A stretch of DNA of 64,000 nucleotides from an uncultured Acidobacteriota bacterium (GTDB lineage Bacteria > Acidobacteriota > UBA6911 > RPQK01 > JAPXNP01): the NCBI GenBank assembly GCA_963777605.1, contig CAVZRV010000035.1, positions 128,001 to 192,000 on the forward strand. The letters are read 5' to 3'. Shown in pieces: positions 62,972 to 64,000 of this stretch (positions are counted from its first letter, which is position 1; the number at the start of each line of letters is the position of its first letter). Made by a program: the position numbers and the translations under genes. Below the pieces are notes generated by a model. The model made no database searches. It had not been told where the DNA came from and saw only the letters and a program-made list of their open reading frames with translations.

Positions 62972-64000
62972 TGTTCTTCCTCAAAATCCGGCCGGGCTTC
63001 ATCCCGGTGTGTTCAGCATGCTCCAGGACCGGGACTCCGTTGACGATAACGGCTTCAATCCCCGTCGGATACTGGTGGGGATCCGTAAAGGTCGCATTGT
63101 CGATAACCCGTTCGGGGTCGAAAAGCGTGAGATCGGCCTTTTTCCCCTCCGCCAGCACACCTCGTTCCGTCATGCCCAGTTTCTCGGCATTCAGCGCGGT
63201 CATCTTCCGAACCGCCTGTTCGAGCGTGAGCACTTTCTCTTCGCGGACATACTTGCCCAGAATTCGGGGGAAAGTCCCATACCAGCGCGGATGCGGCTTA
63301 CCCTCGCCCAGCGGCCCATCGGGCCGGACCGCGGCACCGTCGGAGCCAACGGAGACCCATGGTTGCTGCATCGCATAACGGACGTCGTCCTCGCTCATCA
63401 GGAAGTAGACGGCCGGCACCGAACCGTCTTCCGACGCCAGCAGATCAAACACCACGTCGGTCGGACTCTTGCCCCGGTCGGCGGCAATCTGGGCGACCGA
63501 CTTGCCCTCACAGGGCTTGTTTTCTTCACTGTCAACCGATGCCACTACGCAGCCTTCCCACTCGCCTGCGGCAAGGTAGTGATCGAACCAGCCGGGGACT
63601 CCTTCCAGAATGTCCTGGGACATCCTGGCCCGAAGCTTCCGGTCTTTGAGGCGCTTCATCATCTCCGCGTGCCCCCCCTCCATGGCCCAGGGCGGTATCA
63701 GGGCGTCCAGGTTGTTCTGTCCGGCCACATAGGGATACTGGTTGGCCGTGATCTGCACGCCGCTCTCCCGGGCTTTCTCAATCTGCCCGCAGATCTCCGG
63801 CATGGAGCCCCAGAGACGGTGATCGGCAACTTTGAGATGCAGCACGTCAACCGGCACGCCGGCGCGGCGCCCCACTTCGATGGCCTCTTCGATAGCCTCG
63901 TCGATCCCCTCACCCTCGGTCCGGATGTGAATTGAGAAAAGGCCGCCGAAAGAACGGGTTTCTGCAGCCATTTGGGCTAGCTGCTCGGTCGTGTGGTAGG
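62958..64000 (-). CDS. N-acyl-D-amino-acid deacylase (partial; start beyond the window)
   Basis: HIRTEG, HLK, QYPY, GSDG, PHPRWYGTFPRILG and ADLTLFDP. Confidence 0.92.
   Translation of the reverse strand, partial: YHTTEQLAQMAAETRSFGGLFSIHIRTEGEGIDEAIEEAIEVGRRAGVPVDVLHLKVADHRLWGSMPEICGQIEKARESGVQITANQYPYVAGQNNLDALIPPWAMEGGHAEMMKRLKDRKLRARMSQDILEGVPGWFDHYLAAGEWEGCVVASVDSEENKPCEGKSVAQIAADRGKSPTDVVFDLLASEDGSVPAVYFLMSEDDVRYAMQQPWVSVGSDGAAVRPDGPLGEGKPHPRWYGTFPRILGKYVREEKVLTLEQAVRKMTALNAEKLGMTERGVLAEGKKADLTLFDPERVIDNATFTDPHQYPTGIEAVIVNGVPVLEHAEHTGMKPGRILRKNSGAF

Overview
High-GC bacterial window. The gene content and repeat style suggest an Acidobacteriota-like organism, which is an inference. Positions 1-13,723 look like the right part of an element integrated at a tRNA-Asp gene: only the 3' half of the tRNA is present at 13,677-13,723, preceded by arm-type direct repeats. 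Its cargo is an IS3 with a -1 frameshift site, an AbiE-type (type IV) toxin-antitoxin pair with visible operators, TA and IS remnants, and a tandem array of six secreted paralogues. The paralogues share an unnamed ~220-aa module fused to different partner domains, and a seventh copy lies at ~31.4-33.1 kb; this family is the best candidate for an undescribed system. The rest holds a CP-ATP-grasp/alpha-E/Anbu/transglutaminase operon (Anbu starts Met-Ser, not Met-Thr), MscS, GTP-PEPCK and KirBac. It also has a sigma54 activator with a readable UAS and -24/-12 promoter, and two hidden UxxC selenoproteins with SECIS-like hairpins flanking a flavin disulfide reductase. Further along are a RES-Xre TA pair, several internally deleted genes, a mosaic REP/BIME-like repeat family with a nested MITE, and a treZ-GH57-treY cluster. 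About 11 single-base frameshifts in otherwise intact genes suggest long-read consensus errors. All calls come from reading the sequence; no database searches were run.
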